Part shown: positions 1 to 14,513 of the stretch, piece by piece
Layout of the letters: the number at the start of each line of letters is the position of its first letter
How positions within the stretch are numbered: position 1 is the first letter of the stretch
Assembly: GCA_000165425.1 (NCBI GenBank)
Contig: CT868507.1
Location: forward strand, 62,001 to 126,000
Source of the DNA: Paramecium tetraurelia
Taxonomy: Eukaryota
DNA: 64,000 nt
Direction of reading: 5' to 3'
Made by a program: the position numbers and the translations under genes
The notes under the pieces: model-generated
What the model was told of the DNA's origin: nothing
The model's database searches: none
The model's input: the letters and a program-made list of their open reading frames with translations, nothing else

Positions 1-3000
1 GTTATAGAGTGAATTAATTTGATTCTAATGACAAGTCATCAATCTATATTCTTAGATCTTTAAAATTCTAACTCTAAATCAATTCAATGAAGACTTTGCT
101 GCCTTGGTAAAAATTGTTTTTGAATGCAATTGTGTTTAAAGTGAGAGAGCTGATCGATATACTATCTTGATATAAAGCATCAACAACATTAGTGATTACT
201 CTATTATCAGCACTTTCAAATGTGTTACCTTCAATAAGCATATTATTAATTGTGAATAATGGTAATTTGAATAATTTGACTTCTGCGAAGAAATCTCCGT
301 TTTAGACAGTAATATCAGTTAGAATGACACTAAGTGCTCCATGTAATATAAATAGGGACGATTAAGTGAGTTGTTCTTGATCAGATAAAAATTATTGGAT
401 TGTGAATTCAGATTCTCTTAGTTGGTTGGGGAATTCAGTATATAAAACAATAGAGTTTGTGTATTTGTTATTATAGGATTTAAAATTATTAGCAATAAAT
501 TTTTGATTTCCTTAATCTGTGCCCAGGATTTGAACGAATAAGTTGGAGTTAAGGATTTAACAATTCTATATTAGGATTGTATCTATAGAATAAATTAATG
601 TATTTTTTATTGGCTGAGTGAAATAGTATCTAATAATACCATCAATATTATTTAATTTTGAATCTGAAATTTCAAAATTCTTAATTGAAATTGAATTAGG
701 GTTTTATAATTTGATTTGAAATTGAAGATCAACTGCATTCTTGATAGAAAATTGATCAATAAGGAAAGAGACTCCAAATACACTATTCACATTTAAGGAT
801 AAATATTTGCTTGTAGGGATGATTTAGACGTTCTTCAGTGTAACAGTTGAAAATTCTAAAAATGATACATCACCTTCCATATGAATAGGGATGTCATTTT
901 AAGATTAAATTATTAATTCAATGTATTTCACTGTAAATACATTCTATCTAATTTGAGACTAAATAAAAGTGTTCTTATTGATTATGCAATCTCCACTATT
1001 TGGTAATATGTTTACAATGTATCTAATTAATTTGACACTTTTAGAATTTAATTCAGTGAATAAGTAATCTGTTTCTATGTAGAAGTGACTGGAATTTGAA
1101 GAAGAAAACAAATTTTGTAAGGGTAGGTTATATTTCATAAAATATTGTCTTGCATCTTCATCAGTCTCTTAATTAAGCCTCTGTTGAAATTATGTTGTTC
1201 CACAATGGACTTGTTATTGGAGTTCAACAAAAAAGTAGCAATCTTTTTGGTCAGCGTTTTTGCAATTAAGTTCTTGGCCTAAACTAGGATCATTATATAA
1301 AATTCCTTAAGGAGGATCCTAAATATCTCTCTTTAAACATTATTTTGCATATCCCTTGTAAGCAGGGTTTTATTAATTGAAATAAGGATTAATTTGACTG
1401 ATTTCCTGGGGAGTAAATTCTCTACACAATTCACAAAATTGAGGGCATTGAGTGCACTTATCATTAATGACTGTTTTTATTGAATTTTAACAAGTGACAC
1501 ATTTAACTTATTCATTTTCGATGATACAACTTTCACAGGGACACTTAGGATAGCATTTTCCATTCTGTTACATTAGACCCTCAGCACATTTTAAACAAGT
1601 AACTTCATATTCGTCAATAGTAGTAGAAAGCACAAAGAGGTTAAAGTGATGCCATTCTTGTTTGGTTCTTAATTGATAACCAGGCAACAAGTCTGATTTC
1701 CATCCATCCTTGTAGAATTTATTACCATGTTCGCATTCGACACAGCCAGGCGGACATATGATGCAGTTTCCTTGCAATTTGTGTGCATAGTAAGGTTTAA
1801 AGCATTTAACACAATATTCTTGGGAGTAAACATAGTTTTGAATGCAGTATAAGCAGTATTAATCCCGGCATACTTGTTGACCTATCTCTTTTTATTCCAA
1901 TACAATAGGATTGTATGATATATTGTTATCAACAACAGAATCTCCAAACAATATGTAATAATTTTCCATAGTATCCTTTAGCTATTTTTCATGATACCCT
2001 AGTTCGAATTTGGGGTCATTGAGTACTTTTTATCTCAATGCCTAAGGTAAAGGCTTCCCAGATTTACTTTCTATCTCATCCACTGTATAGCATCCATATT
2101 ATTGACCACACTTCATGAAATTAACATAATGGGGGTTACACTTTAAACACAGGTCAAAAGTTGGATATGAGAAATATTAGGAATGTAAATCGATGCTTAA
2201 TATATAAGTTGCATAAACATTAGTCTGATTGCTTAAGGTCATGAAAAATTCTTAGACTTGATATTTGCAATTATCTAGGTTTTTAGGTAGACATTGTGTG
2301 TATTCAGCAGCAACAAAGTATTTCTCGTTATCAACACATTTCACACATTGAAGGAGATTGAGTCTGCTTTAGTAAAAGCATATTTCACAAAACGCCCCAC
2401 ACTATTGACATTGTTCTAATGTAGAATTGTAATAGTATCGATCAATACAACTATTACAATAATATCCAGTAGAATTGTACTTACAATCAGGACAATAACT
2501 AGGACATTGATAACATTTAGATTAGAATAAAGTGTAATTCTATTAACAAGTCGTACATAGTTGATTATCATCACATTCATCACAATAGGGTTATAAATTA
2601 ACGCATTCCCCATTTAATGATACATAACAATTCTTGCAGATGATCTTAGAAAGTTAATTCATTGTATATTTTTCAATGAAATTGATGGTGCTGTCAGTCT
2701 ACCCTAAGCAACCAAAACAAGTTTCTAAGACTGCCTGATCCTAAATGCTATTGTAGTTGATCAGAAAGTATTCATAATCCTTTTTTTTCCTGTCTCTTCT
2801 TTAAAATACGTAGGTTGTTTTGTCAGTAAAAGGCATCAAGTAATCAATTTTACAGATTGGATTTAAATACCAAGTGTTTGGATTGTAAATGCAATCTATG
2901 CAATATAAACCATAAGGAGTGATTGCTCCAGGACAATCTAAACAATAAGAGTTCCCCTTCATCTTCACCAAGAACTGATTTCTTTGACAACCTGATGAGT

Positions 3001-4605
3001 CTTCAATTAATCCTTCTTATATCGTTATCCCACCTAAGACTGTAAACTTATTTATGCAAGTTGGTAAACCAACATCCAAGTAATTAATGATACATGGACA
3101 ATAAGTGCCATTTAACTCTCTTTTTGAGACAGGTTTGCAGTCTATGCATTCGCTTTCGTTTGGTCCAAAACAAGTATTACAACTGTAGTGGCAATCTTAT
3201 TAATAACTTATAATGAATACATCTATCAGGTTTATTATCATTTGCTTGGCAATAGGAGAAAGTTAGATTACGAACTTCGCCAGAGAAGGTTTTAATGAAC
3301 TTATCTCCACCAATATTGAAGTAGTAAGTAGACTTTTCATAATGAATTTATGTCATTGAATAAGTTTTCAGTTCTTTATAGTTTCCGAAGTAAATGCTAA
3401 GTTCAATTTTTGAATTTGGCAATCCTTCTTGATACACAAACCAATGCCATGAGGTGATGGCACTCTAAAAATATTCAGACTTTTAAGAAATTGTGTCGCT
3501 CTCCAATGTTTGGTATTTTATATTGCTAGCTCCTTTGACATCGTGATAAGTGGATACCTCGAACCCATTATCCTAATCACGCATGGTGCTTTAAAAGTAT
3601 TTCCAATATAGGGCCTTCTCTCCTTAATACTTGTCTCCATAATAGATCTTTCTGAAAGTGGCTCTAACCAATATGGTCTCAAGGGAGCGGATCTTTTTAG
3701 ATTAGAGGAAATTAATATACATCTGCTAACTCATTTAATTTAACCCAACCGAACAATACGAATCTTTTATTAAAGAAGGTAACTTATTTGTTTAGAATAA
3801 AGCCGCCATTGTAGAAATCAGTTAAAACTGTTGTTTGGGCTGTAGCTGGACATTTATACAATTCACAATTGGTATCTTCGAGATGACTCAAAAACGTTGG
3901 GATGTTAGGATAAAAGCTTTACACATCAGTTCTAATGTCAAGGTCGCTTATCTCTCCTGCGAAAGGGCTCAAATCTAAGTTCACATTAAACTTTTCATTC
4001 GAATACTTAAATAATACTTTTGACTTTTACTTATAGTTCGCCTCCAACGGTAAAAGGTATGATTAGATTATGTTAATTTAAGTATTCTCCTCCTCCTGCC
4101 ATCTGTACGTTAATAGTATCCTTGTCTACGTATACAAACATATTATATTGCTTAATTGATTTTGAATAACAGAAGTAAAAAAATACCCACTTTTACCCAA
4201 CCAAGTCCTACTTAAGTTCTAGTTCTCTCATTTCGAAGTACTAGTCGTTTTATAATATCACTTCGAAATATATAACCTATGCTTCTCTATCCTATTTGAT
4301 AAAGTAAATCAACGGAAATGATCCATCTAATAGCTAGGCAAAAACAAAATGGTTCAGAATTTTCTTGTTCAAACTGTCGTTATCTTCAAGTTGACTTTAG
4401 AATCTAGTCCAAACTCCTATTCCAAAGTCCGTATATAATGTGGTCGATAAATCTAAAGAAACTGAGGCTGCTCCTGTATCTGGAGTAGTAATAAACTTAA
4501 AAACATCGCAACTTGACTTGACCATTTGAAAACTAGGGTTTTTTAAACAATTGCTTACATCGTTGACAGCAATAATATTTCACTCAAAGTTCTACAAAAG
4601 TACAT
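1..4605 (-). CDS. Giant Cys-rich surface/membrane protein (signal peptide, LamG-like N-terminus, furin-like Cys repeats, beta-helix-like region); 3' end runs off the window; paralog of 42322-51741
   Basis: Ciliate-code reading from ATG at 4605: MYFCRTLSEILLLSTI[26-nt intron]FQMVKSSCDVF. Many CxxC repeats. Shares motifs with the 42322 gene (WVFFYFCYS, GWVKLNE, SAITxWHWFVYQEG). Confidence 0.85.
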
Positions 4606-5007
4606 TAAATTGCAATTATTAAATTATGAAACTAGTCGAGATAATGTTTTTTTTTTAATAATGGAAGATTTAACTTAAAGTACTTAATTGAATCTAAAAT
4701 ACTTTAAATCAAACTTCAACTAATAATTACATTTTCAATATTCTAAAATTAGCACAACGTAAAAACATCTTGTTAAATTCTGAATCTTATATATTTAATC
4801 AACAATAATAAACAGATATTCAATTAAAATGATAGCTAAACGACAATAAAAAAAATTCCTTTAAATAACTAATAGCAATAAAGAAAAACGATTTATATGC
4901 TTAAATCTCTGATCTAGTTAAGTTATATTGATTAGCAAAAGAGAAAACTCATGATATAATTATTTCGTATAATAAATATATATATAATATAACATAATAT
5001 AATAAAA

Positions 5008-6019
5008 ATGAATAATAATGTCGTTGTTTTTAGCAGGGCTAATCAGAATGATGATAGTGAAACTTCCTCCGCTTTGCCTGATTAGATGGAGTCTCAAGTG
5101 GAGTATCTGAAGACAAAATTGAAATTATGCACCTAAACTTTGAAGAGTAGCTTATTCAATTAGACTTTATAGCATAGGAGGCTTAGATGAGGTAATTACG
5201 ATAAGAGAATGAGAAATTAAGATAACTGAATGCAGATTACGTTAATTAGATGAATCAAATGGCATCAGACAAATACCAGAAGATCGAGAAAATAGTTGTT
5301 ACTCAATAATTTTTTGAATAGAAGAATATCGATAAGCAATTGAAGGATTTTATAAGAAAGATGACATCTAATTTTGGCGGTCTTGAAAAGAGTCACATTA
5401 AATTGATTGATCATTGCAAAGTGATGGAACATGATTTGAATTATTATAAGTAACGAGTAGTGGATGCAGAAGAGATTATAGAGAATCTGAGAAGTGTTGG
5501 CAAGACCAGTGTTGCAGAACTAATGGATGAATTAAAAGGACTCTAGAACCAAGTGGATGATCTAACAAACCAATTGCAAAAATCTCAATTTGATTTGGCT
5601 GTCAAATAAGGTGAATTGGAGAGGAAGCAATAAGAATTGGATGATCAGGTGGCCTAATGCGAGTCATTGCTGCATGAATTAGATGATATAAAGACAAAGC
5701 AAAACAGGATTTTGAGTGATAATATAGAGTAGTAGAATAAAGACGCGAAGATGGTATGGATTGGATGTAACTTTTAGATTTATTAATTGAAATTGAAGAG
5801 TGACTTTCTGGAACATGAACGCAGATTGGCATATTAGGATGCTCAATGTGCAAATTAGGAGAAGAATAGTATGTTGGCGTAAGGAATGATTTTAAATTTA
5901 GTAAGCAATAAAACATAGAGACAGAATTGGAAATGTTGAGAACGACAACAGACAATTTCTTAAAGAAAAATAAGCACATCTTCAATTTGGCTGGACTGCC
6001 TAAAGTGTAGTTCAAATGA
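5008..6019 (+). CDS. Coiled-coil hypothetical protein
   Basis: ATG 5008 after an AT-rich spacer; 26-nt intron GTAGCTT...TTATAG; E/Q/K/L-rich heptad-like sequence; ends LAGLPKVQFK-TGA. Confidence 0.75.
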
Positions 6020-6026
6020 TTAAATA

Positions 6027-9000
6027 TCATTATGTATTATTGACATCAACCTTCTGTATCTTCCACACCATGATGCATTTGTCTTGTTCTGAGGTTGTAA
6101 CCAAAGTTTCCTTGTCTGGACTGGCCACACATTGATTGATGTACATCATATGATCAGTATAGATACGCATGTATCCTTATCCAGAAGTACAGGGATAATT
6201 GAAAATCCTTATGGTTCCCATATTGTCAGTAACCTTGAATAAGATGTTATAATTACAGCCATGGACTTTTCTCCAATCAGAGTAATCTTACGAATTTTAT
6301 TATCATCAGTATAACAAGAATGCACTCCCTTGGCTTTTTCAGCTAATTTGATTCCATCACTGCACCATTCCAAATCGAATTCCATATGCATGCTGTTTAT
6401 GCGTTTCTATTGATCTAGGTCTATCAGGGCAGTCTCATCCAGGACGTCTTTATAGAAGAGATAGAAATTGTCAGTGGAGAAATCCAAGTATTCTACACTT
6501 GTATTCAGATTGTCAATGCTGCAAAGTAATCTAAAATTGTTTTCTTCGTTTTCAACATCATATATTTCGATTTTAGCATTTTGTTCTTGATTTCTCGCAA
6601 GAGCCAAAGCAAGCATCTTCTCATCAACACTCAATTTCATATCTGAGATTGCTGATTTCTATTTTAGAGAATAATTGGTATTCACACTATAATCATGATC
6701 ATTCAACACGATGACTTCTTGTTCAAAAGCTATAAAGATTTTAGGTGATAATTTGCACACTATCAAATTCAAAGTGGCCTTTTCGAATGCATAAGAATAC
6801 GTGCGTTTCAATTTCCTCAAATTCCAGACTGCAAACAATCCCTTTTGAGTAATCGAATACAATTTCTGAGCATTACCAGAAAAAGCTACAACTTTTGGTT
6901 GATCATGATCAGTGCAATTGATTCTTAATTTAACCATGTCCTTCTGTATTTTTGTCAAGGCTAAATTAAATCAAGATGTTTACATTTTAAATCTGCCTCA
7001 TTGGGTCTTACCAACTCATAAATATCACCACTTCTTGTTCCTGCCAATATATAATTCTGTCCAATACAGACCGATTGAATGTGAAGATTTGGATTCAATC
7101 CAGTCTTCTGTAATTATTCATTAGCAATACTATACTCATAAATCTTCTCGACGACATAAGAATACTCAGATTTACTCAACGACCAGAGAATGACACGTCC
7201 ATCCATTCCTCCAGATACAAACATCGAAGAATCTTTGCTTGTATATAAACAGAAGATGGGTTGATCTGGATGAGCCTTTTATTTCTTATTGATCTTTTTG
7301 TCATCCCAAACATAAATGAATCCATCTTCTCCTGCTGTAATTATTGCATCCTATACAAATATCACAGTTAGGAATGTAATTCTTAATCCATCTTCTTAAT
7401 CATTATCTTGGACTCCTTCTTATTCATCATTCTGATTCTCCACCAATTCTACTAAATCTTTTGGATTCTCAATCTCCATAGCCTAAAATGTTAATTAACC
7501 TCCTGCAAATTACCAACAAGACATGTGCTACACTCCACAAGTCACAAATCTAAAGACACTATTAGGGTAGAACTCCAAATCCTTAATCTTGTAAGGTATT
7601 GAGTATGAGTAAGTGACTACTCCCAACACTTAGTGATTCTCAGAGTCAATCAATAGTATTTCTTGTCTGTATTCCTAAGTGATTGCATTACAAATAAGAT
7701 GCCTGTTGTCATAGGCAAATTTGATATTCATAATCATTCCCACATTGTTGATGACAATATTCTTAACGCAAGTTCTTGAGCATATATCCCAAATCAACAA
7801 TTTGGCCTTCAACTCAATGGTGCCAGCACACAGCAACTTCTTGTCTTGACTCAAAGTAATACATGAGATCTCAGGCGATGATGACGTATCCGATTGATCT
7901 AACTTAATGAATTATTGAAACACTGAATTGTTCTCTGATTGCAATTATCCAATATTGTATTTTTTGAATTGAGATGTAATCTTGTCATCCTATTCATCCT
8001 CATCATCCAAACTAGCAATCACCAAGTTGCATCCTGCCACGTAAATCAGTCTTTCATCATAGTCGTAAAATAGATTGTTCCTTCTCGTAAATGCTCTTTC
8101 TCCCAATGATACTCTACAATTTGAGTTCCACTTCAGGTAATTTAGTGTCATCCACATTCTTGACCTTATCCGATATCCCCTTAACGTAAGGGTAGTAACT
8201 CCGAGAACAAACTTTTGAATTTCTCCTTCTCTTGCACTTCCTAAAACAGATCAGCTTGCTTCTTATCGTAAATCAAGTAATCCAAATCCCAATTTTATTG
8301 TTCTTCTGTTAATTTCCACTTCATAATGCATTCATCCAATATACCAGTAGTATACAGATATTGAGCATTCTGATGAGTCTCTATTTGATTCACAAAGGAA
8401 ACATGAGCAGAATAGGATTTGGCCAAACACTTCTACTTTTTACTGATTTCTGTGATGAAATCTTTATCATAGTAGAGACACGAGGATTTGACCAAGTGCA
8501 AATCTCCGTTGGTACTTCCACATAATAAAAATGGAGATAGATCAACCATTACTGACATCACTGGATTAATCAGGGTCTCATTGGTCAAATTGGTCTCCTG
8601 TTCTTACCCTTACTTCGGGTCACCAATCAACGAGTCATAAAATTGATATTAAGAATGCAGACTATTTGGGAAATTCAACTTCTTCCATTGAATGTTTTTG
8701 ATGGTCTCCCAATTCTTGACAGATGTGTTTGAATTCAGATCCCATATCACATATGCACCTTGTGGATCATTGTTGATTCTAGTTTACTGGTTGTTTATCA
8801 ATTGATAATAAATTATTAGGTAATTGCCATCCTAACTGAATGTCATAAAGTACGCAGCCACTCCTTACGTGTCGCTGTCATTCTAATAAGACTCATTTAA
8901 TTAAGGACAACGAATATCTGTGTATTTCAAATATAGATTCTTGTCGGTTGCTCTATATTTCGATGTCCGATGAGAACCCCTATTAACCCACACTGCATAT

Positions 9001-12000
9001 GAAAGAGCCCTCCTTTTCCAATTTTGAATCAAATGCGTCCTTCTAACTACGAGCATTATCATATGAAATGGCAATCATGTCCCCCTTATGTGAGAACTCT
9101 ATATTCAAAACAGCCATCTTGTTATCCTTATCTTTGATGTTCATGATGATGTCCAAGGTTGGCAACAAGTATCGTTCACTCACTTTACCAATCGCATTCT
9201 TTTGGATCTTGGAGTCCATAATCACAACTATTGAATTTTGAAAACCAATCACCAACAAATCTCCATCTGGGGATAATCGTATCGCAGTAGGAGTCATACC
9301 CATATTTTTGACTAATAACAATGAATTGTTCTCAGTATCCCAGAGTATTAACTTCTGATCTTCTCCCATTGATACCATAATAGGTTAGGTGGGATGGAGA
9401 GTGATGAACATCTTCTTATTAAAGAAATCTATTTGTTGTTTGCTATCAAAGAATTATGATTGATGCGATCTCATGTATATGGAATAGTTGAATTTCAAAG
9501 TTTCTGTCGTTGTGTAAGGTTGTCTCTACTATTGTTCTGATCCACTGGAATCATGAGAATTGCTATGTTCATCATCAGAATGGCTTTCTTGTTTTTTGAT
9601 TTGTTATAATTTCAAGCCTTAAAACTCTACTTGAAATGCAGCTTCCAAAATATCACCATTCCTGGTTCCAACCAACATCACAGATAAATTGTGGGATTCT
9701 TCCACTTCCTCTTCATTCAGATGTCTCTTTGGAACTCTACAAGAAAATATATCAATTGATTGAGCAGATAAATTCTAAATAGGAGATATAAATTTATTTT
9801 CATACCCTAATTGCAGGAGTGCCATCCTAAAAGAATCCAGTCTTACGGATGTTGAACTCATTAATCAAATTAAATTTGGTATCCCATATTTTGATGTACT
9901 CATCCTCTCCGCAAGTGATGATAACAACCTTATCTCCCAGTATTTCGGATATCTTCAAACAATTGATCATTTTTTGATGTGCTCTAAATTAAATTATGAA
10001 TATAGCAGATACCTCTCTTTCACAACTATGTATTTACCACAAGCAACCAAGGCCAAATCTCCGAAGTTGTTGCCCACAATAATGTCACTTTCTATTTTAT
10101 CCCCTAAGAGATAGGAGATGTAACTTAGACAAGTGATAAAGCAACCATTTGTATACTTGACCTCATCCGACAATATCACTTAACTCCTAATCAGGTTTCT
10201 GCCCTGTAATGACCATATGGTGATATTCTGGTATCCACATGTAGCAAACTCATATCGGTTGTAAGGGTTGAACATGACACAGCAGATGGGGAATGTCCCT
10301 GAATTTCGAAATGCTATTATGGTTTCATTCTTCCAAGATGTCACTTAAATTGAATAGGTTTCGTCTATGCCTATACTCACAATGAATAATGAATCTCTGG
10401 AGAATACCAAGTCGTAGATACCATTCTTATGATTTGTTTTAATGATCTTGACAGGCTCAGTGTTGAATACATTCCAAACGTGAATGCAAGGTCTAGGTGC
10501 ACATTCACCTGTGGCTACAAAACACTTTAATGGATGGATGGCTAAACAAGTGATTTTGAATCTGTGTCCTTCATAGAATTTCTGCTGATTGTTCAATGGA
10601 TTATAGACAACTGCTATTCTAGAAGTTATGTAAACGAAGTGTCTCTAACAATCATTATGAGAATCATCATAAGGTAATAAGGCTTATTTAGCAAAGAGCA
10701 TTTCCTTTTGGAATTGGACAGGTAAAATAATACTCTATTGATTCATTTACTCCATTCTCTTTCTTTATTCAGACTTCAAATCTTATTATTGTTATCCTCC
10801 TCTCTTCTTCTTCTCTTGTTTATTATAGAAGTGAACATAGAATAGAGTTCTCCTTTTGTCGTAAGCCAAGAATCCATAGATGTAATCAAGAGTCAAAGAC
10901 AAGGGAGGTGCTCGTTTCATAACATGCTGTTTTTTATCGAAGGGTGGAATCAGTTCTTGGAGTAATCCATTTAGCATCTTTTGATTGGTTGCTCTGAATT
11001 GAACAAAATTGTCTCTAAATTTGTCAGAGATATTGTTTAGGAAAAAGCAATAATCCTTTTCTCTTTTGAAGATTTCATCAATGGTTTAATTGAAATCCTA
11101 TTTATTGGAAGCCATAGAGAAATTATTAAGACCAGGTTTGTTGATTTATTATTTGTCATCCTGTTAGAATGGTTTAGAGAAATCAGCTAAATCATTGATA
11201 AAATCAATCTTCCATTCAATCAATGTGTTATCATTAGTTCCGACAGTGTAAAAGACGTCTTAGGTTTTGGTCATCTGTAATCTACTCACATTGCTAGCAT
11301 GTCCTCTCAAGAATCCACCACAATTAGTTTCCAATTATTCTCGATCTCTCCAAAAGTACACATATCCTCCTTCTCCTGCAGCCAAAAATATCTTCACATC
11401 CCCTCCAATCAAGAGTGGCAAATACTGTTCCTTCTTTGAATTCTGATTACCACTCGAAGTTAAAGGATATTGTAATACCCAAGTAGTTGAATTCAACTTC
11501 TCATTTTCTGAGGACAACAATTTTGATTTCATATCAGGCAATTCAATCTTATATTGATTCTTGTTTGTAGTTCCCACAATAAAGACTTTGCAATCATCAA
11601 CGAAATCCAAACAAATGGGTAATTCCCCTTCAAAATGAATCTTCTTTGGTGCAGTCTAAAAGTATGATGTGTTATTCAAAAAGAACACATAGACAAATGC
11701 ATCCTAGACTGCACAGACCAAACAAGAAGTATCTGATGAAAACTTCAAATCATTCACTTAATGCTTAAAATCATACCATCTCGGTGTTTCTTCCCAATCC
11801 AATCTCAAATACACTTTACCTGATACTGTTCCTAATGCAAATACTGCTCCTCCATCTTCAAAATTGATACAATCCATTGATGATACTTAATCCCCAATAG
11901 TCCACACATCCACAATCTCATGTGTCTCCAATGAAAATCCATATACTGTTTATTAAGATCCTGCACAAAATACCAATTTGTCATCACTATCCGGTCTCTC

Positions 12001-14014
12001 CAATATACACAAAGCCTACAATGTTCCACTCAGTTGAACTATATAATTGATTCTATTCGCTTTTAATTTATTGCCAAATTAATTGCTGGAGTGTTCTTGT
12101 TTCTATTATAGAAAGATCTCCACTACATCGCCTTCTGTTGAGGATACCAATAATTTATCTCCTGCTACAACTATATCACTTATAACATAACTAAACAACT
12201 TGAAATTTAAAGCTGTTAGATCTATATTCTTTATATTGTTTTTGAACTTAAAATCCCACAGATGAATGGTGCTAGCATCCGTTCCAATTATGATTCCATA
12301 TTGATAACTGGTTATACAAACTATCTAGTCCTTATAAGATGTCATCTATTCCATTGTTTCAAAACTCTCCCACAAAATCACTGATCCATCTTAATGTCCT
12401 GATATTATCACTATTGCCTCTTCGGAATCATCTTAATAAGATTTTAAATTAGGTTCTTTGGCAACTATGCTTAATGCTGTTGCACAAGTCAAAGGCGATG
12501 ATAAATTATACTATTCCAAATAAATCTCTTTGGTCAAAAAATGACCATCATAATATTGGAATTGGATTATCTGCTGAATTGTACAAACTACAAAAGAGTT
12601 TTCGTATTTCTTGAATGGATTAGGTTAACTTTACTGGCTTGTTTATTACTATCTTTGTTGGATAGTACCTCCAAATGACCCCACCAAATTCTTGATGGTC
12701 AATAAATCTACTGCAAATTCATTCACCTAAGTCGAAAGAACCAAAGAGAAATCCTTGATGTTATAAATCAAAATAGGAGATGCTGCTCTTATTCCACATG
12801 ATGCTAACAATTCATCATTACCAAAAAATGTCAATAAATGCACACCCTTCTAATGAACACCCTTTATCACTCCTATGTTATGCAATGTATTATTATCCCA
12901 AATGTGAATAGCTGGTTACTCTGCATATTCTCCACTTGCCATCAAACTCAAATTATTGGCTACTGCTACACTTATTACTTCACTTTCGTGTTCTAAATAG
13001 TGACGTTGCTCATTTATTTTCGGGTAATACACAATTATTATACAAGCTGTAAAGAACACCATCTTCTCATTCAATGCTTTGTCTGTATTCGATTGCACCT
13101 TTATATAAAGCAAGGGTCGTTTCACATCCTTACCCCGAAATCCATAAACCCAATTCATTTTCGCATAAACATCCTTCTAAAACACTTGCGGTTAGGGAGC
13201 ATACACTTTCTTTGCCAAACTACTTATCCATTAGATTTTCGAATGATATGCCTTTGACGATAATATTGATCTAAAATACTTCCTTATTCATACCCAAGGT
13301 TCCTCTGATCAAAGTAGGGACGCTTCGAATCTGGCAATAAGAGTTTCCTTCTAAACTCCTTGTTCGATACCTATCTTAGGACGTCTATTTTCTGACTCAG
13401 TTATTCCGCTTAAGCTGTAACCTTCAATTCCGGAGCCTCCTTTTTTATCAATTATAGGAATTGTCTAATTTCCTCAGTCTTCACACACCATTTCAAAAAC
13501 TGGCTTATGTTTACTCTTTGATTGTCCGAAAAAAAATTACTTAAGAAATCCGAGATTTCTTCCTCATTTACTTCATTATTTATCTGCATTATTTTGAATG
13601 TGGCATTTGCACACGACAACAACATAAAATCCAAATCAATCTTAGGTTATCACATATATTCTTACTAAACTCAAGGAATTCAATTCATTGAAATCAAATA
13701 GATCAAATAAAAATCGCGCCTTTTCCTCGAAATTACTCTCTGCAAAAATTATTAAACCTGAAAATAATTCCAAAGCGTTGATCAATCTACACATATTCTT
13801 AACTATATTACCCGTTGTTGTCCGTATCCCATATCTAAAACATGGTTTCATTGCTTCCGAATATCTATTCGAACTCTGTCAAATCTATACTAAAGGTATC
13901 GCAAACAGATTGAAAAGACCCATGATACTCACGTAATTTTGATATTGAATTATTAAGTAATGGATTTGATTGGGGAGGTTATGCATTTTGTAAATGCCCT
14001 AAAAACTATCCCAT
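6027..14014 (-). CDS. EML5/6-like microtubule-associated WD40 protein (three HELP/TAPE modules) with N-terminal EF-hand (NCS/calcineurin-B-like) domain
   Basis: Starts MGQFLG; EF-hand-like loops DTDNNGLINALE and FDFNELNSLS. HELP-like motifs MNWVYGFRG, LTLDYIYGF, LKLQSIIG. WD segments YLEHESEVISVAV and FYEGHRFKITCLAIHP. Several tiny introns; apparent frame disruption near 8095-8185. Confidence 0.85.
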
Positions 14015-14513
14015 TTTTGTATTAATTATTAATATATCAATTATTATAATTATACCCAATTATAAAATCACTTCCTTTTGTTGTAGTATAGTAAACTATT
14101 CACCAATAAATACAATCTTTATTGCGTAAACTGAATAAAAATAGAAGAAAGAAATCAATTATTATTAGAATGATTTAGGTGTCTAAAATGATTATTTTGA
14201 AAATTATAAAAATGAATTAAATTCAGAAAATAATATAATAAAAAAGAATTAGTACTAAAATAGTTAATAGAAGGATGAAAAATCTTCTAAAGTCTAGTGT
14301 TAATTGTATTGAAAACTCAATTATAATAAAATTAAATGAGATTGAAAAGTTGTCAGTTTTAACTATAATTTTTGGAAGTGACTTATATCTATATATAAGT
14401 AATCTACGAAGACAAGAAGTATTGCTAACTGAGATGAACCTGAGCAGATGCTCCTGGTTAGTAGTTTTAGTTTTGCTTAATAACAAATTATAAATAAAAC
14501 ATTTTTATATCAT

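Noticed and set aside
5602..6030. 142-aa minus-strand ORF from the track (and similar ORFs at 13000, 19917, 32114, 34445, 40352, 55185)
   Set aside because: These are antisense or off-frame shadows of real genes on the other strand.
14223..14493. Two overlapping short ORFs in the EML/B-box intergenic region
   Set aside because: AT-rich, I/L/K/N-biased and without motifs; most likely chance ORFs.
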